Source of the DNA: Rhizaria sp. SCN 62-66
Lineage: Eukaryota
Assembly (NCBI GenBank): GCA_001724265.1
Contig: MEDY01000660.1
Coordinates: 62,001 to 126,000, forward strand
Reading direction: 5' to 3'
Length of the DNA stretch: 64,000 bases
Shown one piece after another: positions 13,801 through 24,800 of this stretch (position 1 is its first letter; each line of letters begins with the position of its first letter). The notes under the pieces were generated by a model that was not told where the DNA came from, ran no database searches, and saw only the letters and a list, made by a program, of their open reading frames with translations. The translations under genes and the position numbers were made by a program.

Positions 13801-15445
13801 CAACTGCGATGACGGCGACGGCGACGGCGACGGGCTCGACCAGGGCGAGCGCGCGGGCAAGGTGCGCCGCCTCTCGGGCCGCTCCGCGTCTCCCACCGCG
13901 CCCGGCCAGCTCCGCCGCGGCCGCTCCGCGCGCGTCAACGGCAACAGCAACAGCAACAGCAACAGTAATGGCAATGGCAATGGCAGTGTCAACAACAACT
14001 CGGCTGGGAATGCGAACGCGGTGTACCGCAGCAACAGCGGCTCGAGCGCTGCAACCGGGGCTGCCGCGGACGCGGGCGCCGCGGAGACCGAGGCCGACGC
14101 ATTCCTCGGCGAGCGTAGCCCGGCCACCGCGTTCGCTGCTGCCAACACCGCTGCCGCTGCCGCTTCAACTGCGGGTGGCATCGGCGTCGGCGTGAGCGCC
14201 GAGTGCTCGAGCGAGAGCTTTTCGCTGCCCGCGCCCGCGCCCGTGTCGGCATCGGTGTCGGCCTCGGGCTCGGCGTCAGCGCACTTCTCGGCCGATAGTG
14301 ACGGCAGCGTCCGCGGCGTCAGCATGGCCTGCGGCGCCGAGGGCGACGACGACGCGCCGCCCGGGCTGGAGGCCGTGAACGCACACCAGGTTCATGGGCA
14401 TGCGGAGCTGTAGTCGCAGTCGTCGCGGCACATTGTGGCCGGTCACGGCAACAGCCACAGTCAGAGCCGGGGCGCGCCGCAGGGCGTGAGCATGGAGGCT
14501 TCGCTGGCCACCACGGAGCCCGTGCCGCGCGGCTCGCTTTCCCTCTCTGCCTCGGCGGCCGGGGCAGCCGCGTCTGCCAGTACCGGCGTCGGTGCTGGCG
14601 CTGGCGTCGCGATGTGTGACAGCGACGATGCCAACAAGAGCCGTGCTGATCATGCAACAAGCGGCGCTGCGCCGCGGACGTTCCCCACGGCCGCGCTGCC
14701 TGCGACTCAAACCGCCCTGCAGTCGCCGCAGTTTCAGCCGACGCAGATCCCCTCAACGCAGATCCAGTCAACCCATGTTCAGTCGACACAGGTGCACTCT
14801 ACTCAGGGCACGCTGCAGTCGACGCAGGGCACGATGCAGTCGATGCAGCCGACCGTGGTGGTAACTGCGACCAACTCGCCCGCGCCGATGCAGCAGCCCG
14901 CGCGCGCGGTGCCACCCACCACGGGCAAGGCCGCGCCCGCGCCCCCCGGCGGCCGCCGCGCGCGCCTCGTCGCCGCGGCCGCTGCGGCCGGCAACGGCGG
15001 TGGCGGCGCGGGCTCGGACGGCAGCAGCGCGGCGGGCACGGTAGACCGCGACGCGGTGCGGCTTCTCCTGGGCAAGAACAGCAGCGACTCGAGCGCCGCC
15101 TCCTGGGCGGGCGCCGGCGCCGCCGCCAACGGAGCCGCCGCGGCTGGGCATATCGCGAACGCGGAGACTGAGGCCGACGCCGAGGCGGAGGCCAAGATGC
15201 CGTCCGCCGACGACCGCGAGCACGAGCAGAAGCAGCAGCTGTCGCAGCAGCACTACCAGCAGCAGCCGCAACAGCAGCAGCATGAGTAGGAGCAAATGCT
15301 GCTGGGTGCGCTGCAGCGTGACCGCGGTGGGTCACCCGGCTCTGCAGCGGCGCTGGACGAAGCCCGTGAACGTGAAAAGGCTGCGGCTGCGAGCCAGGGA
15401 CAAAGCGAAGCAATTAGCTCCAGCACAGAGCTTAGCGCACAGTAA
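5079..15445 (+). CDS. CK1: Casein kinase 1 with giant Q/A/G/H-rich tail; exons 5079..5134, 5312..5408, 5648..14413 (standard code) or ..15445 if TAG is read as sense
   Basis: [69 protein letters not shown]. Introns are GTACGT..AG. In-frame TAG at 14411-14413 and 15287-15289, TAA at 15443-15445. Kinase identity is secure; the 3' end is uncertain. Confidence 0.88.
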
Positions 15446-15823
15446 TTATAACGCACGATGTGACAACTGAGCACCAGTGACAATTTGAACGACGTGATAT
15501 GTGACACACTTTTTTGTGATTGATGTATTACACCGACTGTATAGTAGTATGCTTTTTTAAAAAGATCAACTTTGATCAACTTTGAATCGATATTTAGATG
15601 AAACTAATCATATAGAGGCTTTCTACCATAGCATGTACCTGTCCACTCAACAGCCGACAAAGGTCGGCAACAATTCCTCTCTCGTCCACCACTGCTGTGA
15701 TGGTCGACGGATTGAGAGGAAATACACGTGTTTTCCATTTTCTACAAAAGATGAATACATAATTATTCACATTTTTTATTCTAATAGTTCAAACTCTTAA
15801 CATAATCCTGGTTTACAAAAATC

Positions 15824-18800
15824 TCATACTGTGTTTGCTTCGTATGCATCGAGTCGAAGCCGCAACAGCAACTCCTTTAAGGTGTCTGCGGCCCCATCAT
15901 GATTTGCTATGCGCACAAGCACCGCAGCCAATGCAGTCATGTTTTTGACCCCCGCTGCGTCTGCAAGCGCATCCATCTCGTCGTCCCCAAGCTCCACCGC
16001 AACTGCAGGAGCCACCGCGCTGCGTCTGCCAAAGCCACCTAGCACAACGACGCAGCAGAGTGTACAGTTGCAGGCGCCAAGTGCATTGTACACTGCGGCG
16101 CGGTCCCGGGCGTCTTGCTGTAACGCATAGCGCAACGCTCTATCCCTCCGCACGCTGCTGCCCGCTTGACGCAGCTGTGGGCTAGACGCCACTGCGCGAG
16201 AGATCGCGAGCATCAGCGGCCAGTACTCTGGCACACGGCGCACGCGCGGTTGCGGCATAGCTAGCATTGTGGCTAGCACCACAAGCGTGTTCTCATTTCC
16301 AGCGCAACTTGAGGCGTGAAGCGGACTCGCGCTGCGCCGCGGCGTCGAAGCTGCGGCGCGCGGCGACCGCGGTGTTGCAGCTGCATTACTGTCACTATGC
16401 ACTGCAGATGGCAGATGCGCTGCGAGTAACAGAAGACTGCGCGTAAGTGCATCACGTGTCTCGTTCGCGCCCCGCGGCAACACGCGCGCTGCGGGCTCAC
16501 CGGGCCGCAGCAGCTCGCGCGCACGGGCCCACAGCCGCGCAGCCGCGAATAGCCCCCACGCGCCGCCGGGCAGCACGGCCGCCAGCGCCGCCCAGTGGCC
16601 CGGCGCCGCACAGGCGCGCGCTGCGCCGTCGGTAGCCGTGGCGAGCTCGTCGAGTGCGAGCTGCCGCGCCAGTCCGGCAGCGTTGGCGGCGTCACCAGCA
16701 TTACGCTGCAGTGACTGCCACAGCGACTGCAGCGACGCCAGCACATCGTCCACCGCGGTTTCAGCCTCGGTTCGTGGCAGCGCTGCCACGCACTGCAGCT
16801 CGCTGTTTGCGCCGACACTAGTGCCGATATCAGCATTGCGCGGTGACATTGTGCAGTTCTGTGCGGTTGCGAGTGTGGGGCGCGTGGTGCTGCTGTTGCG
16901 GCGCGTGCCAGGCCATACGAACCCGCTGGGCGACGCTGCGCGGTGCAGAGACAGCGGCGACATCGGCAACCGCGGTGTGAGCGCGGAGCCCGATGAGAGA
17001 ACAGACTGCGGCGACAGCGCCGAGTGCGGGGAAAGCGCCTCCGCGCGCACTGCTGCCCCGGCGCTTGCCGTCGTTGTCGTGCTCGCGGGCGCCAGCGAGC
17101 GCGCGCTGCGGGGCGGCAGCGGGCCGCGCGCTGCAGTCGGCGTCGTCGTCGGCAGTGGCGCCAATCGCGGCGACACCGACACGAACAAGTGCGGGGGCAA
17201 CCGCAGCGCCGGCCCGGTCGCGGACGAAGGAGACTGAACGTGCCGCGGCGACTGGGCGTACACAGGGGATACCGCCTCTGCGCAAACGTTCTCCACGGCA
17301 ATTGCGAGGTGCTTTACAGCAACTCCTGAGGCAGGCGCCGCCGCTGATGAAGCAGCGGTTGCGGTGTCTGCTTGAGTGTGCACTGTCTTAACGGCGGTGC
17401 GCGAGTTGGGCTCACATTCGCTCTCGGCTAGAACCGGCAGCAGCGCCAACGGTCGCGGAGTCGCTCCCGCCCGCGCTGCCGAGGACGCGCTCCTGGGCGT
17501 GACTGCAGCGGAGACCGCGGGGGACTCTGTGCTCTGCACGTCGCGGCCGCTGAGCAGCCCGCGCTCGGAATCGAGATCGTACTCGCGGCCCAGTTGCTGC
17601 CACTGCTGCTGCGGCTGCCACCGCCACTGTGACTGGTGATAGCTTTCTGAGTCGAGCGGAGAACCGGTGGCAGCGTCTATCTCGCCGCCGCTGTCATTCT
17701 CTTTGTCGCTATCATTGTTGCTTCTAACATCATCCTCATCGTTGTCAGTGCGTGAGTGCAGCAGTCGCTGGTTGTTGCCGCGCGTGCGCAGGTGCACGAG
17801 CTCCACGGTGCAGTAGTCGCCCGAGCTCGCGGTGCCCGGGCTCTGTGCGAAGCTCGGACTGAACGCCGGCGACGGAGACAGACACGGGCTGCGCTGCGTG
17901 GCGGTGCACGGGGGACTGCGGTGCTGGGGTCGGAGCCGGGGACTGCGGCCTGAGAGGGCAGCAACCAGACTTGACGACGGCACCAACATTGGGCACGGCT
18001 GCTCGTGCTGAGAGTTGTCATGTGTTTCTGCCGTTGTCGCCGCTGTCTGTTCAGCGACACCGTCACCGCCCGCATCCGCCACCTGTGCCTGGCCGGCGTG
18101 CGGCGTCGACACACTACTGGCCAGCGCGTGTGAGCCTGCCTGTGACTCACCGTGCAATGACGACAGCACCACCGACGGCGCCGCAGCCTGGGAGCCCGAG
18201 ACCGAGACCGACACCGCCGGTCCCTGGGAGGGGTCTTGTGACAGCGGCTGCGAGAGCGAGCGCGAGAGCGAGTACGCGAGAAACGGCGGCAGCAGAGTGT
18301 GGCTTGAGGCTCCAGTGCCCGCTGCAGCGGAAGCGGAGGATGTGGAGGAGCTTACGTAGCTCGAGTCGCGCTTGAGACTGTTGTTGTCGCCATGGTGGCT
18401 GATGCCCTTGTTGACTCCGGCGTGTACAGCTGTGCCGGTGTTTGGAAGCACGACGCACGGCGCGGGCGCGGCTGCAACAAGAATGCACACTGAGCTAGCC
18501 TCCATAGACTCCACACGAGCGATTTCGTGTGCGTCGAACGCAGCGTCCGGGCTGTTGCAGCCACTGCTGCTGCTGCTAATGCCCACGCTGTTCATGTTGT
18601 CACAGGAGCGGGAGAGCAGCGGCACGTGTGTGCCTGCAGTCGCGTCCATGCTGATTTCACCAGAGTCGATTGCGTCAGCACGGGGGCGATGATGGCTCGG
18701 CTTAGAGACGGTGTGACGCTTGCAATCAGCCTCGTTGTCGTTGCCCTGAGCCTCACCGAGGTTCAGCGCGTCAAAGCTGCTCGAGCACAGCGCCATCATC

Positions 18801-21800
18801 CGCTCCACTCCCGTCGCGCAGTTATCTTTATCGACATCGCCGTCGTACGAGTCAGTCCGCGCGCTGTGCCCCGAGCTTCCCAGGTCGGGCCACACGCGCC
18901 ACCGCTGCCGCCCGCGCTCCGCCACCGTCGCCGCCGTCGCCGCCATCGCCGCAGCGGCGGCGTCCTCCGTGGCCATGGAGCTGACCACGGCGGCTGCGGC
19001 GGCGGTTGCACTGCTGCGGGTGGCGCTGCGCGTGGCCGCGGAGAATGCGGCGGGGGCAGCGACGCCGGAGGCGGCCTGGAAGGGCGAGCGGAAGCGCGGC
19101 GACAAAGAGGATATTGACGCGGGGCGGCCGCTCGCGGAGTACTGGAGCTGCTGCACCCGCTGCTGCAGCTGCGACAGCGGCTGTTGTTGTGGCTGCTGCT
19201 GGCTGTGGCTGTGGCCGTGGTCCGAGTGGTCTTGCTGCGGGTGCGACTGTTGCAGCTGCCGTGACTCGTGGTGCCCGTGGGTAGATGCGGAGTGGCCGCG
19301 AGCAGCCGTCGAATGAGCGCCATGTTGACTGGAATGGTGACTGTGGCCGCCGTGGTGACCGTGACCGCTGTGGTGCGCCCCGCCGTGATGACGGTGGTTT
19401 TGGCTGTGGCTGCTGTGCTGACTCACATTGCGGTTGTACGCGACTCGCAGCGGCAGTGCGCTGTGGTGCGCGTAGTGGTTATAATCGTCACCATCATCGT
19501 CGTCATCGTAGCGGTTGTGAGCCTTGTTTCTGTGGCTGTGGCTAAGGTTGTGGTAAGTGTCGTCCCGCGGGCCAAGCGACAGCGCAGCCAGCGCAGCCAG
19601 CGGTGAGTCAGTGCACGCAGTGACGCGGCAGCGGCGCGCACTGCACTGACGCGTCCTGCTGAGCTGCTCACAATCCCGCTCAGAGTCACCGTGGCGCTCG
19701 CAGTCGCAGGGGCCGTCGCAGGCGCGCTCGCTGCTCGCGTCGCTGCCGATGTGCCCGTAGCCGCGGCTGTTCGCAGCGTTGGTGGCGCCACTGCAGTCGC
19801 ACCCGCAGTCGCTGAGCCTGCAGTTGTGGTTGTGGCTGTAGTTCTGACTGTGACTGAGACCGTGGCTGTGGTCGTGGTTGTAGTTCTGACTGTGGCTCCA
19901 GACCCCGACGCCCAGCGCGGCCACTGCTATGGAGGCCGCGGCGCTGGGCTGGCGGCGGGCGCGCGCGGGGCCAGGCGTCTCAACACCGGCCACTTCCTCG
20001 TCCACAGTCAAAGCGGTGAGAGTTGCCTCAGCAGCTGGGTCGCATTTGAGCGAAGGAACACGCGTTGTGTTTTTAACGCCCACGCGACTAGCAGCTTGGA
20101 CTGCAACAGCTGTGTTGACCGTTGGAGCAGCAGACGAAGCAGTGGCAGCGCGCGCCTCCTGCTCCGCGGTCGCGTCGCTCACGGCAACAACGGCAGCGCC
20201 AGCGTACGTGCCGGTGCGGGCGTCTCTGTCCACAGGCCAGTCGCCGGACGTGCCGACAACGGGGTGCGCGAGCGCGAGGCTGTCGCTGGCGGCGCTCTCC
20301 GCTGCTGCGCTGGCGAACGGCAGCGGCGAATCGCCGTCGCGCTCTCGCGCAAACACACCCGGCCGCGGCGGCTGTTGCTGTTGCTGGTGCTGGTGCTGGA
20401 GACCGATGCTACTACCGTCGGCTGAGTGGGCTGGAGCGCGCGCGCGGCGCTCTTCGGCAGACAGCATCGCCCAGTCGACTGCGCCATCAACGTTGGCATG
20501 CGTGTTCTTAGATAAACTGACACGGCCTATCCCGTCAGCGTTCGAATTCAATGTGCCTGTTTGTGCGTTGCTAGTTGTGTTCACGTTGCCGACGTTGTTG
20601 GTCTTGTTTGTCGCAAGGCGAGCAGCAAACGAGCCCACAAGACTGCGCAGCAACGGGGTGCGCGGAGACAACAGCAACTGCTGGTGTTGATGCTGCAGTG
20701 ACTTCTGTGCCCCTGCGTCGCGGCCAGTCGCTGTCGGTGCGTTGGGTGACACTGCAGAGGCAAAGGACGCCGTCGCGGCAGTGGGGCTGAACACGTCGGG
20801 AAACACCGGCAACAGCGACTGCGGCGCTAGTTGCGCTTGGGAAGCCGCTGCGGCAGCCGCGGAAAACCCGGACAGACTGCTCGCAACGGTGGCATCCGTG
20901 ATTGCGGTGATTGCGGTGATCGCACTAAACGTTCCGGAGGCGTCAAATCCATTCTGCTCAGGGGAAAGAATGAACCCTGGGCGTGTCATGTGAGTCGGCA
21001 AATTCGCACTAAGCTTTGAGTGGCTGTGCAGATGAGATGGCATTGCACTGGCAAGCTGGGTCAGGACGCGGCTTCTCTCGCGCCGCTGCGCAGTGTCCCC
21101 GCCGCCGACCGCGCTGTCCCTCGTGTGGCTGTGGCTGCGGGTAAAGCTGTAGCGCGAGCCGCCGCAGCCGCTGTACTCGTCGGTGTTGGTGTTGGCGCCA
21201 CTGTCGTCCTGCGTGTCGCCGTCGCAGTCGTCGTTGGTGTAGTCAGTGCCGGCGTGGCCGTCGCCCAGGCTCCATTGAAGACGGCCCCACGCGCCGCTGT
21301 GGCTGTGCGCGACGCCGTGCTCTGGACTGGACGTGAGCCCGCGCAGTGCTGTGCGCTCGGGAGCAAGTGCCGTGTCATTGTGTGCACTGTGCTCAGCACT
21401 TGCATTAGGTGCATTATGAGCCTTGTGCGGCAGTTCATTAGCGTCGTTTTCGCGGTCGCCCGCGCTGCTCTGCTCACGGCCGCGGCCGCGCTCACGGTCC
21501 AGTTTGTCGCCCGGCAGCGGGGTGTGCAGCGCGAGACTGGGTGCCAAGCTAGACGCGTAGAACGCCGCAAACGGGTCCGACGCGGGGAGCGCGCATGGTG
21601 GGGCGGCGGGGGGCTCGTTCTCGTTGTTCTCGTCGGAGGCATCATTGCAGTCGCTCTCGGCACTGCCAATGAAATGGTGAGTTGCAGTGATGTTATCAGA
21701 AGGAACGTAGCAGTGCTGCCGCGCCAGGCATGCGCCTGAGTCATCCGCGCCTGTTGTCCTGTCCGCACAGGGCCTCAGATCGACATCACTGGCGGTTGTG

Positions 21801-24800
21801 ATGGCAACCACGGCCGTTGTACTGGGTGAGACTGTGACGCTTGGCTGTGGGGCCGGCAGAGAGTCGAGCTCGTCATCACCGTCATCGTTAGCACAGTTTC
21901 TCACTGCATCTGCGGCAACTCCGGTGCCGACGCTAGCAGTGAAGGCGTCTGCAACACTGTTGTCAACAGCCTCTACGGCAGTGCTCGTGTCAGTTTCGTC
22001 ACTGCGATTACTAACACTCGCGAGCAAGCGAGTGCTGTCGGTGCCGATGCGAGTCTGAGAGCCGTTGTCGTGGTAAGCGCGCGTGCACGAGTTTGCCGCG
22101 ACGACGCCCGCCAGCAAGAGGCGGAAGCGCGACTCAAGAGACAGCGGCTGTAGCCTGACCAGCGGGCCTGCTCCTAATGACTGCGGTTGCGCCTGTGAGA
22201 CTGACTGCGAGACTGACTGCGAGACTGACTGTGACCGGGAGAGTGAAGTTGGGACTGCGGCGCGCTCTTGTGACCGTGGGCAATTCCTGTGCTCGCTGCC
22301 GATGCCCCACGCGCCGCACACACAGCCATCGCAGGCATCGCGGCCAGCGTCACCTGCGGCTGCGCTCGTCTCGGCCGTGCTCTCAGTCCCATCCGCAGTG
22401 CTCGCTGTGGCGGCAACAGCGCCGGCGCAGTCCTGCTTGGCCCGCCGCGCCCGCAGTAGCGCCCGCGCCGCGGCGGGCTCCAGCGCGCCAGGGTGGCGGC
22501 CCAGCCACGCAACCAGCCGCGCGGCCGCGGGCCGCTCTTGCGCCTGCAGGTCCAGCGGCGGCGCGTGCTGGAGATGTTGGTGCTGCGGGTCTGGTGTGGG
22601 GAGCTTTGCGAGGCGGATGTGCGTGGCAGCGGCGAGCAGCGCGGTGAGCTGCAGCAGCGTCGCGCGCGGCAGTAGTCGGTGCAGCGCGGCGTTGGCGCGC
22701 ATGCCGTCGCCGCACAGCACCGGCGCGCCCTTGCCTTCGCTGTTGCTGCTGGCCGCATTTGCACTGGCGCGGGTGGTTGCCACAGCGTCAGTCAGTGGGG
22801 CTGCAGCTGCCGCGAGTCCGGGGACGTAGCCGTTGCCCGCGCTTTCGGCGCCGCTCAGACTGCTGCTGACCGTAGTGGCAACGGGGGGGCTGTGCGCGTG
22901 CGCGTGCGCGTGTTGCGAGAGCAGCAGCAGCGGCGCCAGCGTCTGCACCGCCGCGGCGGCCGCAGCGGCGCAGGGCGGCGCGGCACCGCACAGCAGCAGG
23001 GCCGCGAGCACCAGCGCCGCGGCGGCGGACCGCGATGGCGCGGGGCCGCCGCAGCCGCTCACAAAGCACGGCTCAGCAGTCTCGGGGGCAGCCACAGCCT
23101 CTGGCACCGAGCCGTCGCTTACAGCGTGACTGTGACTCCTGCTGCGGTTTGTCTCAAGACAGGCCGGCGCGGCGAGCACCAGCGCGTCCCGCAGCTCCGG
23201 CGCTGCGCATAGCGACTGCAGCGCCTCGCGCTCCTGTGGCAGCAGCAGGGCCACTAGCCGCGGCAACAGAATGGTCGCCGCGTCTCCCTGGCAGTCTTGC
23301 AGCTCGCTTCTGCTGATCGCCGCAGTGCTATTGCCGGCAGTGCTGTTGTTGTTGCTGCTGTTGCTGTTGTTTGTGGCGATAGCGGCAACTGTGGCGACAA
23401 AGCCCGGAATGCCGCGCGCCCGCGCAGCGACGCCGGCCAGCTCGGCCAAGCGCACCGCGGCGGCCGAAGCTGTCCAAGCAGATGACGCAGCAGAGTGACT
23501 GTCAGGAGAATGGCCATGAGCGTCGGCGGCTGGGAGCCACAGTGTTTGGAGGCGTTCAATGTGGCGCAGGCTCCAGACCAGACAGTGCGCCAGCATAGAG
23601 CCTGGAGTGACGGGCACTGACGCGGACACAAAAACAGCCGTGTCATCTACATCAGTGCGATAAACATCAGCGGCGTCACCAGCGATTGGCTGCGCTTTCT
23701 GATTCACAGCGTTATGTTGTGTCGCGGCTCGAATTGCACAAACGCTGTGGTGGTCACTATAGCCGTCAGTCTGGACCGCGAATCCAGTGGTTGTGCGGCC
23801 CTCTGCAGCACTACCGAGCAGCCTTGTGCGCGACTGCGCAACTGACTCCGCGTGTGACTGCGAACGCATACGCATACGCATGCTAGAGTTGGAGTTAGAA
23901 CAGCTCGGAGGGCTCAACATATTATTGGCGTGAGCCACTTGTTCACGCTGCTGAACACTATTGTGCTGATCGTGCTCTGTGCATTCAATGCGCTCAGCGA
24001 CCGACGGCACAGAGGCGGTCGAGGGCGGAGACATGAACGGCGCGCGTCCCGCCGCCGCTGACCGCACACTGACGCTGGCGGCGCAGACGCTGACGACACT
24101 GGCGGTCGCACTGGCGCGGGCGCCGATATGAGCGCTCGCACTCGCGTTTGCGCTGGACTGGTAGCGACTGCGGCTTCGGCTACGGCTACGACTGTGCTGG
24201 TGAGAGTCTTGAACAGGACTAGGGCTGCGACTACCACTGATGTTGCTGCTTCTGCTGCTGCTGTTGTTGCTGCTGCTGCGGGTGCTGCAAACACGCAGAC
24301 GTGAGCGCGAGCGCACAGCCCCATCTGCCGCAGTCACACGCACCGTCGCCGGAGCGATCTGGTCGCATGGCAGCTTTGACTGCGATCGCGGCCGCGACTG
24401 CACCTGTGGCGGCGCTCTTGTTGCGTCGTCTGCAGACAGCTTGCCGCTGCTCACCCTCACCTTCACGCTGCCGGTAGCATGCGTGGTTACGTTCGTGGCC
24501 ACGGTGCTTGCGGAGCTACTGCGGCCTCGGCCCGTAACGAGTGTCAGCTTTTGTGTTTGATGCTGTGTTGACGCCTGCGAGCGCGAATGCAACAGTAGCA
24601 TCGGCGGCGCCGGCGACCGCGACTGCAACTTCGACGGGGGCTGCGTCGCGGTGAAACAACTGTCGCGGTAGTAGCTGTTGTCCGCGTGAGTCTGACCTTG
24701 TCCGTGGATGTGTCCGTGGCTGTTACCGCTCGTAAAGCTGCTGCTGTTGCTGCTGCTACACACGTCCGCGTGTCTAGCCAACACTCCAATCAGCATTGCA

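Noticed and set aside
14435-15289. 284-aa ORF as a separate gene
   Set aside because: It starts at GTG only 21 nt after the CK1 TAG, in the same frame, with no AT-rich spacer or promoter room. It is better explained as a CK1 continuation or relic.
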